A stretch of DNA of 61,485 bases, counting the filler. It is 8 parts of 8 records of this genome, joined end to end, with 100 filler letters (N's around TTAATTAATTAA, not from the genome) between each part and the next. Parts side by side here need not be neighbours in the genome. Positions count along the whole stretch, not along the records: positions 7,712 to 13,594 come from SRR31156797_16762; positions 13,695 to 18,847 come from SRR31156797_16763; positions 18,948 to 27,242 come from SRR31156797_16767; 5 more parts are not named here. One strand, 5' to 3'. Shown in pieces: positions 9,173 to 19,979 of this stretch. Both the position numbers and the translations under genes were made by a program. Every line of letters starts with the position of its first letter. Position 1 is the first letter of the stretch. Under the pieces are notes generated by a model. It was not told the DNA's origin, searched no databases, and saw nothing but the letters and a program-made list of their open reading frames with translations.

Positions 9173-10036
9173 TCAAAAAGGAATGGTAAATCCAATGGCA
9201 GGGATGGCTACAAACGAGTCGGAATCCATTCCAAAAGGAATACCCAGCATAAAATCAAGTGATGCTTTTTTTATGATCCACCGACCTCCCAGACCGATTA
9301 CTCCACCACCATCTCCATCGCTGTTTATGTAATAATTCTCTAAAATAAGATATCCTCTTCCTGATAGGCGGAACAAGCCACTAACATTAATAAGCGGAGC
9401 ATCTGCCCAATCACCACCTGCAAATCCATACCCCAAACCAATGGTTACATTATTGTTGCTTGTTCCAAAGGTAGAAAGGCCATAAACAATGCCAAAAGTT
9501 GCGTCTTCTTCACCAATAACAACACCGAGTAATGCACCTCCTCCCACGTTTACCTTTTCAGTTTTTATCGGTATTGAAAATTTAGGTGTTATAAATACAG
9601 GTGTAGCTGTTCCATCAAATAAAAAAAGCGGAATAATACCAGCTCCAATCGAAAAGTTTTTGGTTACTCCCACCGAGAATTGATTCCACAAAACATATAT
9701 ATTTTGGTAATACCCCTCTCCGGGTTTTAATCCAAATGCATTGGGCGCCCAGAAATATCGGGTTGACTGTGGGTTATCAAACCAGAATTCACCTTCTTTA
9801 AAGTGTTCTTTTAATACATTCTCCCTGGATTTTATTTTTAGCTTTCGGATTGAGATTTCGCCAAAATCTTCTGTTTTCAGTACCACAACCAGCTCGTCTT
9901 CACTTACAACTGATCCAATAAATTCATTACCATCGGTTGTTTCAATTCGCACCAGAGTTGTATCTTGAGATTGGGCAAATAAATGAAAAAAGGAAAGAAG
10001 AAAAACAAAAGAAAAAAGTATAATCTTTACTTTCAT
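9173..10036 (-). CDS. Secreted hypothetical protein, probable outer-membrane beta-barrel
   Basis: Signal peptide ending LFA-Q; amphipathic Gly/aromatic strands; C-terminal Phe (IGFTIPF). Confidence 0.7.
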   Translation of the reverse strand: MKVKIILFSFVFLLSFFHLFAQSQDTTLVRIETTDGNEFIGSVVSEDELVVVLKTEDFGEISIRKLKIKSRENVLKEHFKEGEFWFDNPQSTRYFWAPNAFGLKPGEGYYQNIYVLWNQFSVGVTKNFSIGAGIIPLFLFDGTATPVFITPKFSIPIKTEKVNVGGGALLGVVIGEEDATFGIVYGLSTFGTSNNNVTIGLGYGFAGGDWADAPLINVSGLFRLSGRGYLILENYYINSDGDGGGVIGLGGRWIIKKASLDFMLGIPFGMDSDSFVAIPAIGFTIPF

Positions 10037-10107
10037 AACCTATTGATTTTTGGTAATAGTTAAGTTACGAAATACCTAACCGGGAAACAAACCAAATACC
10101 AATACAA

Positions 10108-11352
10108 TTACTTCTTTTTATAAGCCTTACGGTGTTTGTGTTGCTGCGATTTTCCTTTCTTGTAATGATGAAAATTACCGCGCCCCTTTTTCTTTTTTGA
10201 TGGTGTTTTCCACAACGGTCCTTCTCCAAGTTGCTCTGGCAATGGAATCTTAAACACCTCTCTTTCAATCAGTTGCTCAATGCGGTGAAATTTGAACATA
10301 TCATCTTCATTCACCAAAGTCAGTGCAACTCCTGTTGAATCGGCCCGGGCTGTTCGTCCCACGCGATGTACATAATCTTCAGCATCGCCCGGCACATCAT
10401 AATTAATTACCAGATTAATATCTTTGATGTCGATTCCCCGGCTCATTACATCGGTTGCCACCAGAATCCGAATACGTTTGGACCGAAATCCATTTAAAAC
10501 ACTTTCCCGTTCAGTTTGTTCCAGGTCGGAAGAAATGGCTTCGGCATCAAAACCGCTCTTTTTTAATGCCCTGGCCAACTCCGTTGTTGCACGTTTTGTT
10601 GAACAAAAAATAATTATGCTGCTGTATTCCGGATTATCAGAGATCAGGTGCGTTACCAAGCCATTTTTTTGTTTATCGTAGGTAAGGTACGCTGCTTGTA
10701 AAACCCCCTCGGCCGGTTTCGAAATTGCAATGTTTATTTCTTTTGGATTATCCAAAATCTCGGAAGCCAGTTTCCGGATCTTAGGTGCCATTGTTGCACT
10801 AAACATCAGCGTTTGTCTTTCTTTAGGTAAATACGAGATAATTTTTACCAGATCATCATAAAAACCAATATCCAGCATCCGGTCGGCTTCATCCAGAATT
10901 AAAAATTCAAGAGTATCGAACTTAACGTAACCCAGGTTTAGGTGTGAAATCAATTTCCCCGGAGTTGCAATGATAATATCAGCACCTTTGGTTAATGCTA
11001 TTTTTTGTTGGCCCCACTCGTCACCATCACCTCCCCCGTATAACGCAATAGAGTGAATGCCCATTGTATACCCAATACCTTGTACTTGTTGATCGATCTG
11101 CATCGCCAGTTCGCGCGTTGGCACCACAATTAGTGTAGAAGTTTCACCCCCGGGCAGGTCTGCAATTAAATCCAATATCGGTAATAAGAATGCAGCTGTT
11201 TTCCCTGTTCCCGTTTGAGCACAGGCAATTAAATCGTAACCATCCAGAATTACCGGTATGGCTTGTTCCTGAATTGGGGTTGCTTCCTTAAATCCCATGT
11301 AATCGATGGCGTCCAACAGATCGTCGTGTATGCCAAGTTCGTCAAATGTCAT
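10108..11352 (-). CDS. DEAD/DEAH box RNA helicase
   Basis: Q motif [33 protein letters not shown]. Confidence 0.95.
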   Translation of the reverse strand: MTFDELGIHDDLLDAIDYMGFKEATPIQEQAIPVILDGYDLIACAQTGTGKTAAFLLPILDLIADLPGGETSTLIVVPTRELAMQIDQQVQGIGYTMGIHSIALYGGGDGDEWGQQKIALTKGADIIIATPGKLISHLNLGYVKFDTLEFLILDEADRMLDIGFYDDLVKIISYLPKERQTLMFSATMAPKIRKLASEILDNPKEINIAISKPAEGVLQAAYLTYDKQKNGLVTHLISDNPEYSSIIIFCSTKRATTELARALKKSGFDAEAISSDLEQTERESVLNGFRSKRIRILVATDVMSRGIDIKDINLVINYDVPGDAEDYVHRVGRTARADSTGVALTLVNEDDMFKFHRIEQLIEREVFKIPLPEQLGEGPLWKTPSKKKKGRGNFHHYKKGKSQQHKHRKAYKKK

Positions 11353-11376
11353 GAAGTTCTTTTAAATAGATGTTCA

Positions 11377-11384
11377 CAAAGGTA
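11377..11384 (-). promoter_or_regulatory. Bacteroidota -7 promoter element for the helicase
   Basis: TACCTTTG matches TAnnTTTG. Confidence 0.55.
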
Positions 11385-11417
11385 GTTAAATAATACGCAT
11401 AAAAGGCTAATACATAA

Positions 11418-12278
11418 CTATGCACCAACCAAACTGTCAAGAATTAAAAAAACCATCATAAATAAGTACAGGAAATTAAGTTTATAAAACGATGGTTTTA
11501 CTTTAAATTCTTTATGAAGAAAAACAGCCATTGTTAAAGACGATAACAAATAAAAAATATAAAACATCAGAAAGAATATAATAAGCTTATTCCCAATTAC
11601 AAAAAAAATTACCAAAAAAGCTGAAGCCACCGTTGTAAGTACCCAGGTAAAGGTTATCCGCTTAATCTGTGAATCGGAAAATATTTGATTGAGGCTCGGT
11701 AATTCTGCCAATTTGTATTGATCGCCAAACATAAGCAACAGTAACCAGAAATGAGGAATCTGACCAACAAAAAAGAAGGTGGCAACCAATAATATTACTT
11801 CCGAGGTTAAACTTCCACCAGCCCCCGACCAGCCTATTAGTGGAGGTAAAGCACCTACCATTGATCCGGGAATTACCGCAAAAGCAGTAAGCTTTTTTAA
11901 GGGAGTATAAATAACATTATAAAGCACCAGTGTTACCCAACTAAGAACCAACGTAATTGTTGGATTAGAGATAATCAGTATAAGCGACCCAAAAAGTGCC
12001 AATGTAGCAGCAATAAACAAAGCACTATTTGCAGAAATTTTCCCACCAGGAATCGGACGATTTTTTGTACGCGGCATTTTAGCATCAATCTCACGCTCTT
12101 GCCAATGGTTTATTACACCCGAGCTACACGACATCAGAAATACACCTAAAGCCAAAAAGTATCCCTGCAAATCAACATTCCGGGTAAATAGGACATATCC
12201 TGTCAGTGCCGAAAGTGCAACGGGCATTGAAATTCGAACCTTGCCAAGTTCGTAAATTATTTTTAGGTGTTGTTTCAC
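11418..12278 (-). CDS. cyoE: Protoheme IX farnesyltransferase (heme O synthase)
   Basis: EIDAKMPRTKNRPIP, YTPLKK, GALPPLIGW, QIPHFW; multiple TM helices. Confidence 0.92.
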   Translation of the reverse strand: MKQHLKIIYELGKVRISMPVALSALTGYVLFTRNVDLQGYFLALGVFLMSCSSGVINHWQEREIDAKMPRTKNRPIPGGKISANSALFIAATLALFGSLILIISNPTITLVLSWVTLVLYNVIYTPLKKLTAFAVIPGSMVGALPPLIGWSGAGGSLTSEVILLVATFFFVGQIPHFWLLLLMFGDQYKLAELPSLNQIFSDSQIKRITFTWVLTTVASAFLVIFFVIGNKLIIFFLMFYIFYLLSSLTMAVFLHKEFKVKPSFYKLNFLYLFMMVFLILDSLVGA

Positions 12279-12338
12279 AATTGGTTAAAATAATTAGACT
12301 GAACCGTTATGTTTCGATCCTGACTTTCAATGAGCAGA

Positions 12339-13289
12339 TTATTTTAATGTTTTCAGGTATTCAACAATATTCGCAATATCCTCGTCTGTTAACTGACCTT
12401 CATAGGTAAGCATTAATCCTTTACCATATCCGTCTACCACATCTGCATTCGGATCGTATATTGACCGCATTATATATTGTTCATCAACGAATACCTGCCT
12501 GGTTTCGCGACCTGTTTTTACCGTATGTTCTGCCCCCCAAATACCTTTAAAGCTTGGCCCTACCAGTTTAGTTCCATCCAGTGAGTGACAAGCAAAACAA
12601 CCAATATTCTGCATGATACGTTTTCCGGTTGCGGTTGGCGATTCAATTGTTACAACAGACGCAGCAATGTTCGCGGTATCTGCAATCCACGATTGAAAAA
12701 CGGAATCTTCCATAACTTTTACATACGAATACATATATGAATGCTGTAACCCGCAATATTCGGCACAGTACAATTCATAGGTTCCAATTTTCTGAGGTTC
12801 AAACCACATACTGTTGTTCTCCAAACCCGGAACCATGTCTTGTTTTACCCGAAAAGCAGGTATATAGAGGCTATGCAACACATCCATTGCTACCAAATTC
12901 AATTTAACAGGTTGGTCTTTGGGTAAAAAGAGAGTGTCGGTACGACGGCCATTCTCATACTCGAAACTAAAATTCCACATTCGACCATACACCGTAATTT
13001 CCATCGCATCTTTCGGAGCTTTTTGCATGGGCTTCCAACCAGCCCATCCATAATAAAACATTAGCATGGTTAACAGAAATGGCACCACGGTCCAAACGAT
13101 CTCAAGTTTTACACTGCCTTCAATTTGAGTTGCTATCGGATTCTTTTTCTTGTTATACTTAACAATAAACACCATTATGGTAACTGTCAGTCCAATTAGA
13201 AAAAGAAAGGCGATTCCGAGGATGACCATAAACGCAGTGTCGACACCCTGAACAAAATTTGATGCTTTAGTTACTTCTGAGCTATACAT
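12339..13289 (-). CDS. coxB: Cytochrome c oxidase subunit II with C-terminal cytochrome c
   Basis: LEIVWT, DVLHS, CuA motif CAEYCGLQHSYM, heme c motif CFACH. Confidence 0.95.
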   Translation of the reverse strand: MYSSEVTKASNFVQGVDTAFMVILGIAFLFLIGLTVTIMVFIVKYNKKKNPIATQIEGSVKLEIVWTVVPFLLTMLMFYYGWAGWKPMQKAPKDAMEITVYGRMWNFSFEYENGRRTDTLFLPKDQPVKLNLVAMDVLHSLYIPAFRVKQDMVPGLENNSMWFEPQKIGTYELYCAEYCGLQHSYMYSYVKVMEDSVFQSWIADTANIAASVVTIESPTATGKRIMQNIGCFACHSLDGTKLVGPSFKGIWGAEHTVKTGRETRQVFVDEQYIMRSIYDPNADVVDGYGKGLMLTYEGQLTDEDIANIVEYLKTLK

Positions 13290-13291
13290 AG

Positions 13292-13579
13292 TTATACTCG
13301 ATATAGGTAATCTAAAAAGGTTATCACAATCACAACTACAAAAATGGCAAACACAAAGGCCACCATCAGTTTTATATAAGGCTTGTCGTACTTCAGGTGC
13401 ATAAAATAAGTTAACACCAGGTACGATTTAACAACTGCAAACAATAAGGCTCCGACCACTGTAAACTCCCCCAATTCTATCCCTGTTATTCCGATTGATG
13501 CAAAAGTTAATGCCAACAATAGCAGTAAAACAATGGCGTACAAACGATAGGAAACAATATGGTGTTTATCTTCAGGCAT
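13292..13579 (-). CDS. Cytochrome c oxidase subunit IV family protein
   Basis: Three TM segments; K..LV..YFMHLKYD. Confidence 0.88.
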   Translation of the reverse strand: MPEDKHHIVSYRLYAIVLLLLLALTFASIGITGIELGEFTVVGALLFAVVKSYLVLTYFMHLKYDKPYIKLMVAFVFAIFVVVIVITFLDYLYRV

Positions 13580-13594
13580 AAGACGTTGTTTTAA

Positions 13595-13694
13595 NNNNNN
13601 NNNNNNNNNNNNNNNNNNNNNNNNNNNNNNNNNNNNNNTTAATTAATTAANNNNNNNNNNNNNNNNNNNNNNNNNNNNNNNNNNNNNNNNNNNN
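13595..13694. other. Artificial contig linker
   Basis: 44 N + TTAATTAATTAA + 44 N. Confidence 0.98.
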
Positions 13695-13695
13695 A

Positions 13696-13941
13696 GATGC
13701 ACTAAGTGCAGTAAATCTTCCAACTGTAGAAGTACATATTTCAAATATTTATAAAAGAGAAGAGTTTAGACAAAAATCAATCACTGCTGGTGCATCAACT
13801 GGTGTTATCACAGGATTTGGTCCATTCTCTTACCACTTAGGACTTATCTCTTTAACTCAAATTATTTCAGAAGTTAAAGCAGCTCACCATGCACAACAAG
13901 AAGCAGCAGCTAAAGCTCAAGCACAAGTAGAAGAGAAGTAA
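13696..13941 (+). CDS. aroQ: Type II 3-dehydroquinate dehydratase, 3' part
   Basis: Hand translation [28 protein letters not shown]...GVITGFG contains the type II DHQase signature. Confidence 0.92.
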   Translation, partial: DALSAVNLPTVEVHISNIYKREEFRQKSITAGASTGVITGFGPFSYHLGLISLTQIISEVKAAHHAQQEAAAKAQAQVEEK

Positions 13942-13944
13942 TTA

Positions 13945-15174
13945 ATGAAAATTCTAAGTGCCTCATGGATAATAACTTGCAATGAAGATAGTGCCATCAT
14001 AAAAGATGGTGCTGTAGTTTTTGATGAAAAAATTATTGATGTGGGTACTAAAGAGTTCATTGAAAATAAATATCCAGAAGTTGAAATTGAGTCTTTAGGT
14101 GAAAACTCAGTTTTAATGCCAGGACTTATAAACTCTCATGTTCATTTAGAGTTCTCTTCAAATGCAACAACTTTAAAATATGGAAACTTTATGCAATGGC
14201 TAAACTCTGTTATTGCATCAAGAGAAGAGTTAGTTGAAAAAGCAACTAGTAAACTTATCTCTAAAAAATTATCTAAGATGCTTAAAAGTGGTACTACAAC
14301 AATTGGAGCTATCTCTTCATACTCTTTAGATATAGAACCATGTGTGAAAACTCCTATTAATACAGTATTTTTTACTGAAGTAATTGGAAGTAAGGCTGAT
14401 ATGATAGATAACTTATTTGCAGATTTTAAAGCAAGATTAAATACAGCAAAAAAGAATGAAAGTAAAAATTTTATTCCAGCAATTGCTATTCACTCTCCAT
14501 ATTCAGTACATCCATTTTTAGTAAGGGAGACCTTAAATCTTGCAAGAGAAGATAAGTTAGCAGTTAGTTCTCACTTTTTAGAATCACCAGAAGAGTTTGA
14601 GTGGTTACATCGTGATGAGGGTGGTTTCTTAGAGTTTTTCAAAAACTTTTTAGGACAAGAAAAAAGTGTTACAAAACCAATGGAGTTTTTAAATCAATTT
14701 AAAGATATAGATAATTTATCATTTACTCACTGTGTTGAAGCAAGTGACAATGACTTAAAAAAGATAAAAGAGTTAAATGCTTTTGTAAATCATTGTGTAA
14801 CTTCAAATAGATTGTTAAACAACACAAAGTTAGATATAGATAGATTAATTGATTTAAAAGTACCATTTACAATTGGTACAGATGGACTTAGTTCAAATAA
14901 CTCTTTATCAATGTTTGATGAGTTAAGAAATTGTTTAATGATGCATGTGGATAAAAATCCAATTTCCTTTTCAAAAAGTTTACTTCAAGCGGCAACTATA
15001 AATGGTGCAAAAGCTTTAGGTTTACAAAAAGGACAATTAGTAAAAGAAAAAGATGCAGATATTATAGCAATCAACTTACCAGATAATATCAAAGATGAAG
15101 AGGATTTATGTATGAATGTAATTTTACATACTAAGTTTGTAAATAAAGTTTTTATTGGAGGACAAAATGCTTAA
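13945..15174 (+). CDS. Amidohydrolase, probable aminofutalosine deaminase family (MqnF-like)
   Basis: PGLINSHVHLEFS, HSPYSV, HFLES, GTDGLSSN; aroQ-amidohydrolase-sppA order is typical of Campylobacterota. Confidence 0.75.
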   Translation: MKILSASWIITCNEDSAIIKDGAVVFDEKIIDVGTKEFIENKYPEVEIESLGENSVLMPGLINSHVHLEFSSNATTLKYGNFMQWLNSVIASREELVEKATSKLISKKLSKMLKSGTTTIGAISSYSLDIEPCVKTPINTVFFTEVIGSKADMIDNLFADFKARLNTAKKNESKNFIPAIAIHSPYSVHPFLVRETLNLAREDKLAVSSHFLESPEEFEWLHRDEGGFLEFFKNFLGQEKSVTKPMEFLNQFKDIDNLSFTHCVEASDNDLKKIKELNAFVNHCVTSNRLLNNTKLDIDRLIDLKVPFTIGTDGLSSNNSLSMFDELRNCLMMHVDKNPISFSKSLLQAATINGAKALGLQKGQLVKEKDADIIAINLPDNIKDEEDLCMNVILHTKFVNKVFIGGQNA

Positions 15175-16057
15175 TTTTTTTAAAAAACTTTTTTATCCTA
15201 TTATTGCTATTTTAGATTTTATTACGAAATATTTTAAGACAATAGTTTTCTTAACAATTGTTTACTACTTTGTATCAACTTCAAATGAAGCAAATATTCA
15301 AGAAGGAAGTTTTGAAACTGCAAATTTACAAAAGATAGAACTATATGGTCCTATTTTAGATTCGCAAAAAGTTTTAGCTCAAATAAATGAAGCTAAAAAG
15401 AATAATAACATCAAAGGTGTACTACTTGATGTAAACTCTCCAGGAGGAGCTGTAGCACCATCTGTTGAAATAGCTTATGCAATTAAAGAGTTAAATGCTT
15501 TAAAGCCAGTTGTTGCTTATGCAAGTGGTGTTATGGCTAGTGGAAGTTACTACTCTTCTATTTGGGCTAAAGAAATTATTGCAAATCCAGGGTCTATGGT
15601 TGGTTCTATTGGAGTTATCTTTCAAGGAACTAACTTAGAAGAACTAATGGATAAGATTGGTGTAAAAACTCAAACTGTTAAAGCAGGGAAGTTTAAAGAA
15701 TCAGGAACTCCTACACGGCAATGGGCTGATTATGAGAAGCAAGAGTTAGAAAAGGTTATAAATGATACATATAATATGTTTATAACAGATGTAGCAAATG
15801 CAAGAGGTCTAAAAGTTCAAGACCATACAAAGTTTGCTGATGCTCATATTTTCACTTCTTCTCAAGCAAAAGAGGTTGGATTAGTTGATGAGGTTAGTAC
15901 TTTAACTTTTGCCCAAAATAGAGTAATTGAATTATCAGGTGTAATAAATCCTTCTTGGAAAAAAGAGGATAAATTTGACAAATTCTTAGATAGAATAATC
16001 CAAGAAACAGTATCTAACTTCTCTGTATTATTTGAGGGTGGGCTAAAAGCTTACTAG
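15167..16057 (+). CDS. sppA: Signal peptide peptidase SppA
   Basis: NSPGG, ASGSYY, GSIGVI, KAGKFKE, AKEVGLVDE. Confidence 0.93.
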   Translation: MLNFFKKLFYPIIAILDFITKYFKTIVFLTIVYYFVSTSNEANIQEGSFETANLQKIELYGPILDSQKVLAQINEAKKNNNIKGVLLDVNSPGGAVAPSVEIAYAIKELNALKPVVAYASGVMASGSYYSSIWAKEIIANPGSMVGSIGVIFQGTNLEELMDKIGVKTQTVKAGKFKESGTPTRQWADYEKQELEKVINDTYNMFITDVANARGLKVQDHTKFADAHIFTSSQAKEVGLVDEVSTLTFAQNRVIELSGVINPSWKKEDKFDKFLDRIIQETVSNFSVLFEGGLKAY

Positions 16058-16090
16058 AAGATAGAATTTTTTAATTCTATCTTTTCTTCT
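16058..16090 (+). terminator. Intrinsic terminator after sppA
   Basis: AAGATAGAATT-TTTT-AATTCTATCTT then a T-rich run. Confidence 0.6.
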
Positions 16091-16117
16091 CTTTTTTTTA
16101 TTACTTTTCAAAAATTG

Positions 16118-16126
16118 TGTTATAAT
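16118..16126 (+). promoter_or_regulatory. Extended -10 promoter for the helicase
   Basis: TGTTATAAT (TGnTATAAT), about 85 nt upstream of the ATG. Confidence 0.55.
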
Positions 16127-16210
16127 ATGAAAAAATTATAGTAAAAATCTGCATATTCTTCATTTATCACGAATTACTTTTTTAGACTACTAATATATCA
16201 AAGGCCATAT

Positions 16211-17593
16211 ATGTCATTTACAAAATTAGGATTAAATCCTAATATTTTAAAAGCGATTGAAGAGCAAGGTTATACAAAGCCTACTTTAATCCAAGAGCAA
16301 GCTATTCCAAAGGTTTTGGAAAAAAAAGATTTACTTGCAGCAGCACAAACAGGTACAGGTAAAACAGCAGCTTTTACTCTACCACTTTTAGAGTTTATGA
16401 GTTCAAAACCTCATAAAAAAGAACAAAAGGCTTATATAAAAGCACTAATTTTAGTTCCAACAAGAGAACTAGCACTTCAAGTTTTTGAAAATATTCAAGC
16501 TTATAGTAAATATCTTCATTTAAAAACAGCCGTAATTTTTGGTGGAGTTGGAATAAACCCTCAAAAAGCTAGTTTAAGAAAGGGTGTTGATATCGTAATT
16601 GCAACACCAGGAAGATTAATAGATCATATGTCTCAAAATACTATAGATTTATCAAGGGTTGATTTTTTAGTTCTTGATGAAGCTGATAGAATGTTAGATA
16701 TGGGATTTATTCATGATATAAAAAAAGTTGTAGCAAAGGTTCCAAATCATAGACAAACACTTCTTTTCTCAGCTACTTTTTCTGATGAAATAAAAAAGTT
16801 ATCTAATTCATTTTTAACAAATCCTCAAACTGTAGAAGTTGCTAGAAGTAATACTTTATCTGAGCAGGTTTCACAAGCTGTTCATTATGTAAGTAAAGAG
16901 AAAAAGAAAAGTCTTTTAGCCTTTTTAATACACACTCAAGAATGGAATCAAGTTTTAGTTTTCACACGTACTAAACATGGAGCAAATAGACTAAGTGAGT
17001 TTTTAAATAAGAACAATATTTCATCTTTAGCAATCCATGGAAATAAATCACAAGGTGCAAGAACTACAGCTCTAAAAGATTTTAAATCAAAGAAAATTAG
17101 AGTACTTGTAGCAACTGATATTGCTGCACGTGGTATTGATATTGAACTATTACCTCATGTAATTAATTATGAATTACCAAATGTACCAGAAGACTATGTT
17201 CACAGAATTGGAAGAACGGGTAGAGCAGGGAATGTTGGAGAAGCCTTATCTTTAGTTTGTGATGAAGAAGCTCAATTTCTAGAAGATATTGAAAAGCTAA
17301 CAAAAACAACTATTCCTGTAAGAGATGTAGAAGGTTTTACTCTTAGTTCACTAAAAAAACCAAAGAAAACATCAAGTACAAAAAATAAAAATACTAAAAG
17401 AAACTCTACTAAAACAAATGAAAGAAGAACAAAGCCAAGTTCAAATAAAAGAGCTAAACATAGCGAGAAAAAAGATTTTAAAAAAGAAGTAGAAGATTTT
17501 ATCGATAATAGAAAAAGACAGACTTCTAAAAGAAATTCAAATAGAAAAATTACAGGTAATTATAGAAAAGGCTTAGGTAGTAAAAGTAAATAA
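16211..17593 (+). CDS. DEAD/DEAH box RNA helicase (RhlE-like)
   Basis: [44 protein letters not shown]; basic tail. Confidence 0.95.
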   Translation: MSFTKLGLNPNILKAIEEQGYTKPTLIQEQAIPKVLEKKDLLAAAQTGTGKTAAFTLPLLEFMSSKPHKKEQKAYIKALILVPTRELALQVFENIQAYSKYLHLKTAVIFGGVGINPQKASLRKGVDIVIATPGRLIDHMSQNTIDLSRVDFLVLDEADRMLDMGFIHDIKKVVAKVPNHRQTLLFSATFSDEIKKLSNSFLTNPQTVEVARSNTLSEQVSQAVHYVSKEKKKSLLAFLIHTQEWNQVLVFTRTKHGANRLSEFLNKNNISSLAIHGNKSQGARTTALKDFKSKKIRVLVATDIAARGIDIELLPHVINYELPNVPEDYVHRIGRTGRAGNVGEALSLVCDEEAQFLEDIEKLTKTTIPVRDVEGFTLSSLKKPKKTSSTKNKNTKRNSTKTNERRTKPSSNKRAKHSEKKDFKKEVEDFIDNRKRQTSKRNSNRKITGNYRKGLGSKSK

Positions 17594-17627
17594 AAAAAGG
17601 CAAGGTGTGTGATTCCTTGCCTTTTTT
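17593..17627. terminator. Bidirectional terminator between convergent genes
   Basis: AAAAAAGGCAAGG-N9-CCTTGCCTTTTTT. Confidence 0.8.
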
Positions 17628-17658
17628 CTTTTCCCTAGTATGAGTGAGGAGTAATTTC

Positions 17659-18847
17659 TTACTCAACACCTTTAACGATTTTATAAGTATCGTTTGCGAT
17701 AACGTATTCCTCATTTGTAGGAATAACGAAGATTCTTCCAGAAGAACCATTTGTAGAGATATCTCTAGCATCTCCACATCTTTTGTTGTTTTTAACTGGG
17801 TCGATATTTAATCCCATATAATCAAGACCAGCACAAACTTTTTCTCTAATAATTGCAGCATTTTCACCGATTCCACCAGTGAAACATAATGCATCAACAC
17901 CATCAAGTGCAGCAGCATATGAACCAATGTATTGTTTAATTCTATAAGCAATCATATCAACTGCTAATCTACATCTTTCATCACCTTCTTCCATACCTTC
18001 AAGAACTTCTCTTAAGTCAGAAGATTTACCAGAAACACCAACGATACCAGATTTTTTGTTAAGTACGTCAAGCATCTCTTTGATATCCCAACCTTCAGTA
18101 TCCATCATGTATTGAATAGCACCAGCTCCAACGTCACCAGCTCTTGTTCCCATCATTAGACCTTGAACAGGAGTAAGACCCATTGAAGTATCAATACATT
18201 TACCATCGAATACTGCAGAAACAGAAGAACCATTTCCTAAGTGACATACGATAATTCTAGTATTGTGTTTTTTATCTAACATTTTAGCAGCTTCGTTAGA
18301 TACGAAGAAGTGAGATGTTCCGTGGAAACCATATTTTCTAACACCATTTTTAGTGTATTGGTCATATGGTAATGCATACATATATGCATAATCAGGCATA
18401 GTTTGGTGGAATGCAGTATCAAATACAGCTACATTTGGTTTACCTGGCATTAATTGTTGGCAAATTTCCATTCCCATGATATTTGCTGGATTATGTAAAG
18501 GCGCTAATGGAATTAACTTTTTCATAGTTTCAATAACTCTGTCTGTAACCATTACCGAACCAGAGAACTCTTCACCACCATGAACTGCTCTGTGTCCAAT
18601 TGCTTCAATATCATCGATTGAGTCAATTACTTTTCCTTCACCCTCAGTTAATGTTTTAAGTACTAATTCAATTGCTTCTTTATGAGTTGGCATATCTGCT
18701 GCAATTTTTAATTTTTGATCATCACCAAACTCATGTTTAAGTGCACCATCTATACCAATTCTTTCACAGATACCAACAGCTAAAGTCTCTTTGTTGATTG
18801 GATTCATTAATTGGTACTTTAATGATGAACTTCCTGCGTTTAAAATA
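17659..18847 (-). CDS. ackA: Acetate kinase; 5'-truncated by a few codons
   Basis: Frame extends to ILNAGSSSLKYQL at the contig edge; GHRAVHGG, APLHNP, FDTAFHQT, YGFHGTSH, HLGNGSS, PTNEE. Confidence 0.96.
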
Positions 18848-18947
18848 NNNNNNNNNNNNNNNNNNNNNNNNNNNNNNNNNNNNNNNNNNNNTTAATTAAT
18901 TAANNNNNNNNNNNNNNNNNNNNNNNNNNNNNNNNNNNNNNNNNNNN
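18848..18947. other. Artificial contig linker
   Basis: 44 N + TTAATTAATTAA + 44 N. Confidence 0.98.
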
Positions 18948-18948
18948 A

Positions 18949-19209
18949 ATTAAAAACAACTCTGATATTTACACTAATTCCAGACATGACATAATAAGTT
19001 CTTACTATCTAAAGAAGGTATTACTAAAAAATAAAGAAAATGATAATTTAGAGATTGATCATATAACTTTTCTTTGTCATGCACTCAAAAATCAACATAG
19101 TGAAAACTCCATTGATAATGAGATATTAGAATTATTTTATAAAGCAGATTCACTAGCTAGAGACTATGAATTATCTATAATAAACAGTGAGAAAAATCAT
19201 GACTGTTAA
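18949..19209 (+). CDS. 3' end of a gene, possibly HD-domain
   Basis: Hand translation ...RHDIISSYYLK...HALKNQH...ELFYKADSLARDYE...*; open from the contig edge and overlapping the next start. Confidence 0.5.
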   Translation: MKNNSDIYTNSRHDIISSYYLKKVLLKNKENDNLEIDHITFLCHALKNQHSENSIDNEILELFYKADSLARDYELSIINSEKNHDC

Positions 19210-19777
19210 TGGACACTTACTTTTAGCCAATAATGCATTAGTATTTTTAATTCCTAACTATACAAATGTACTTAATTCATATAGTTATTATGATTTGATA
19301 ATTTTTTACTGCTTTTTCTTTTTTGGAGCAGTAATTGTAGATATTGATGAACCTAATAGTTATATTGGAAAACGATTGTTTTTCTTGTCTTATCCATTTA
19401 AACTATTTAATACAATTGCTAAATTATTTATTTCTTTATTTACGAATAACAAGCTTTTACATAGAGTTTTTGAACATAGAGGACTGACTCATATGTTTAT
19501 ATTTACAGTTATTATTTATTCTTTTTCATTTGTTTTTGACACTTATTTAAGCATTTGTATTAAATTTCTTGCATTTGGTGTTCTAATGCATCAACTAGGT
19601 GACTTAATTACAAATACTGGAATAAGAAATTACCTATTCCCTATTCCAATATCAAATGTTAAGTCTTTTATTACCTTCAAAACTGATGGAATTATTGAAT
19701 CAATAATTAAAGTTATCCTTTTATTTATGCTTATATTACAAATTTATTTCTATTTTGGAGTAGGTTTTGACTACTAG
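19199..19777 (+). CDS. YdjM-family membrane metal-dependent hydrolase
   Basis: MTVNGH, DIDEPNSYIGK, HRGLTH, HQLGDLIT..G; TM helices. Confidence 0.85.
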   Translation: MTVNGHLLLANNALVFLIPNYTNVLNSYSYYDLIIFYCFFFFGAVIVDIDEPNSYIGKRLFFLSYPFKLFNTIAKLFISLFTNNKLLHRVFEHRGLTHMFIFTVIIYSFSFVFDTYLSICIKFLAFGVLMHQLGDLITNTGIRNYLFPIPISNVKSFITFKTDGIIESIIKVILLFMLILQIYFYFGVGFDY

Positions 19778-19979
19778 TAGAAAAATAAAAAAGAAGTTTT
19801 TTAATAATCATATTTCAAGGCAACTATTAGATATTGCTTTAAAAATTGAACAGTTACAAGAAAATGAAATTAATAAAAATAATAAAGGTTTTTTCACAGA
19901 ATTATCTTCAGTTGAAGAAAAAGTTGAAGAAATAGAAAAGAAATTAAAAAACATAATGAAAGGGAGTGAAAATGGATAA
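19767..19979 (+). CDS. Small coiled-coil hypothetical protein
   Basis: TTG start after GGAG; overlaps both neighbours, as expected for translational coupling. Confidence 0.55.
   Translation: MTTSRKIKKKFFNNHISRQLLDIALKIEQLQENEINKNNKGFFTELSSVEEKVEEIEKKLKNIMKGSENG

Noticed and set aside
10108-17593. Two DEAD-box helicases close together
   Set aside because: They lie on different contigs from different phyla.
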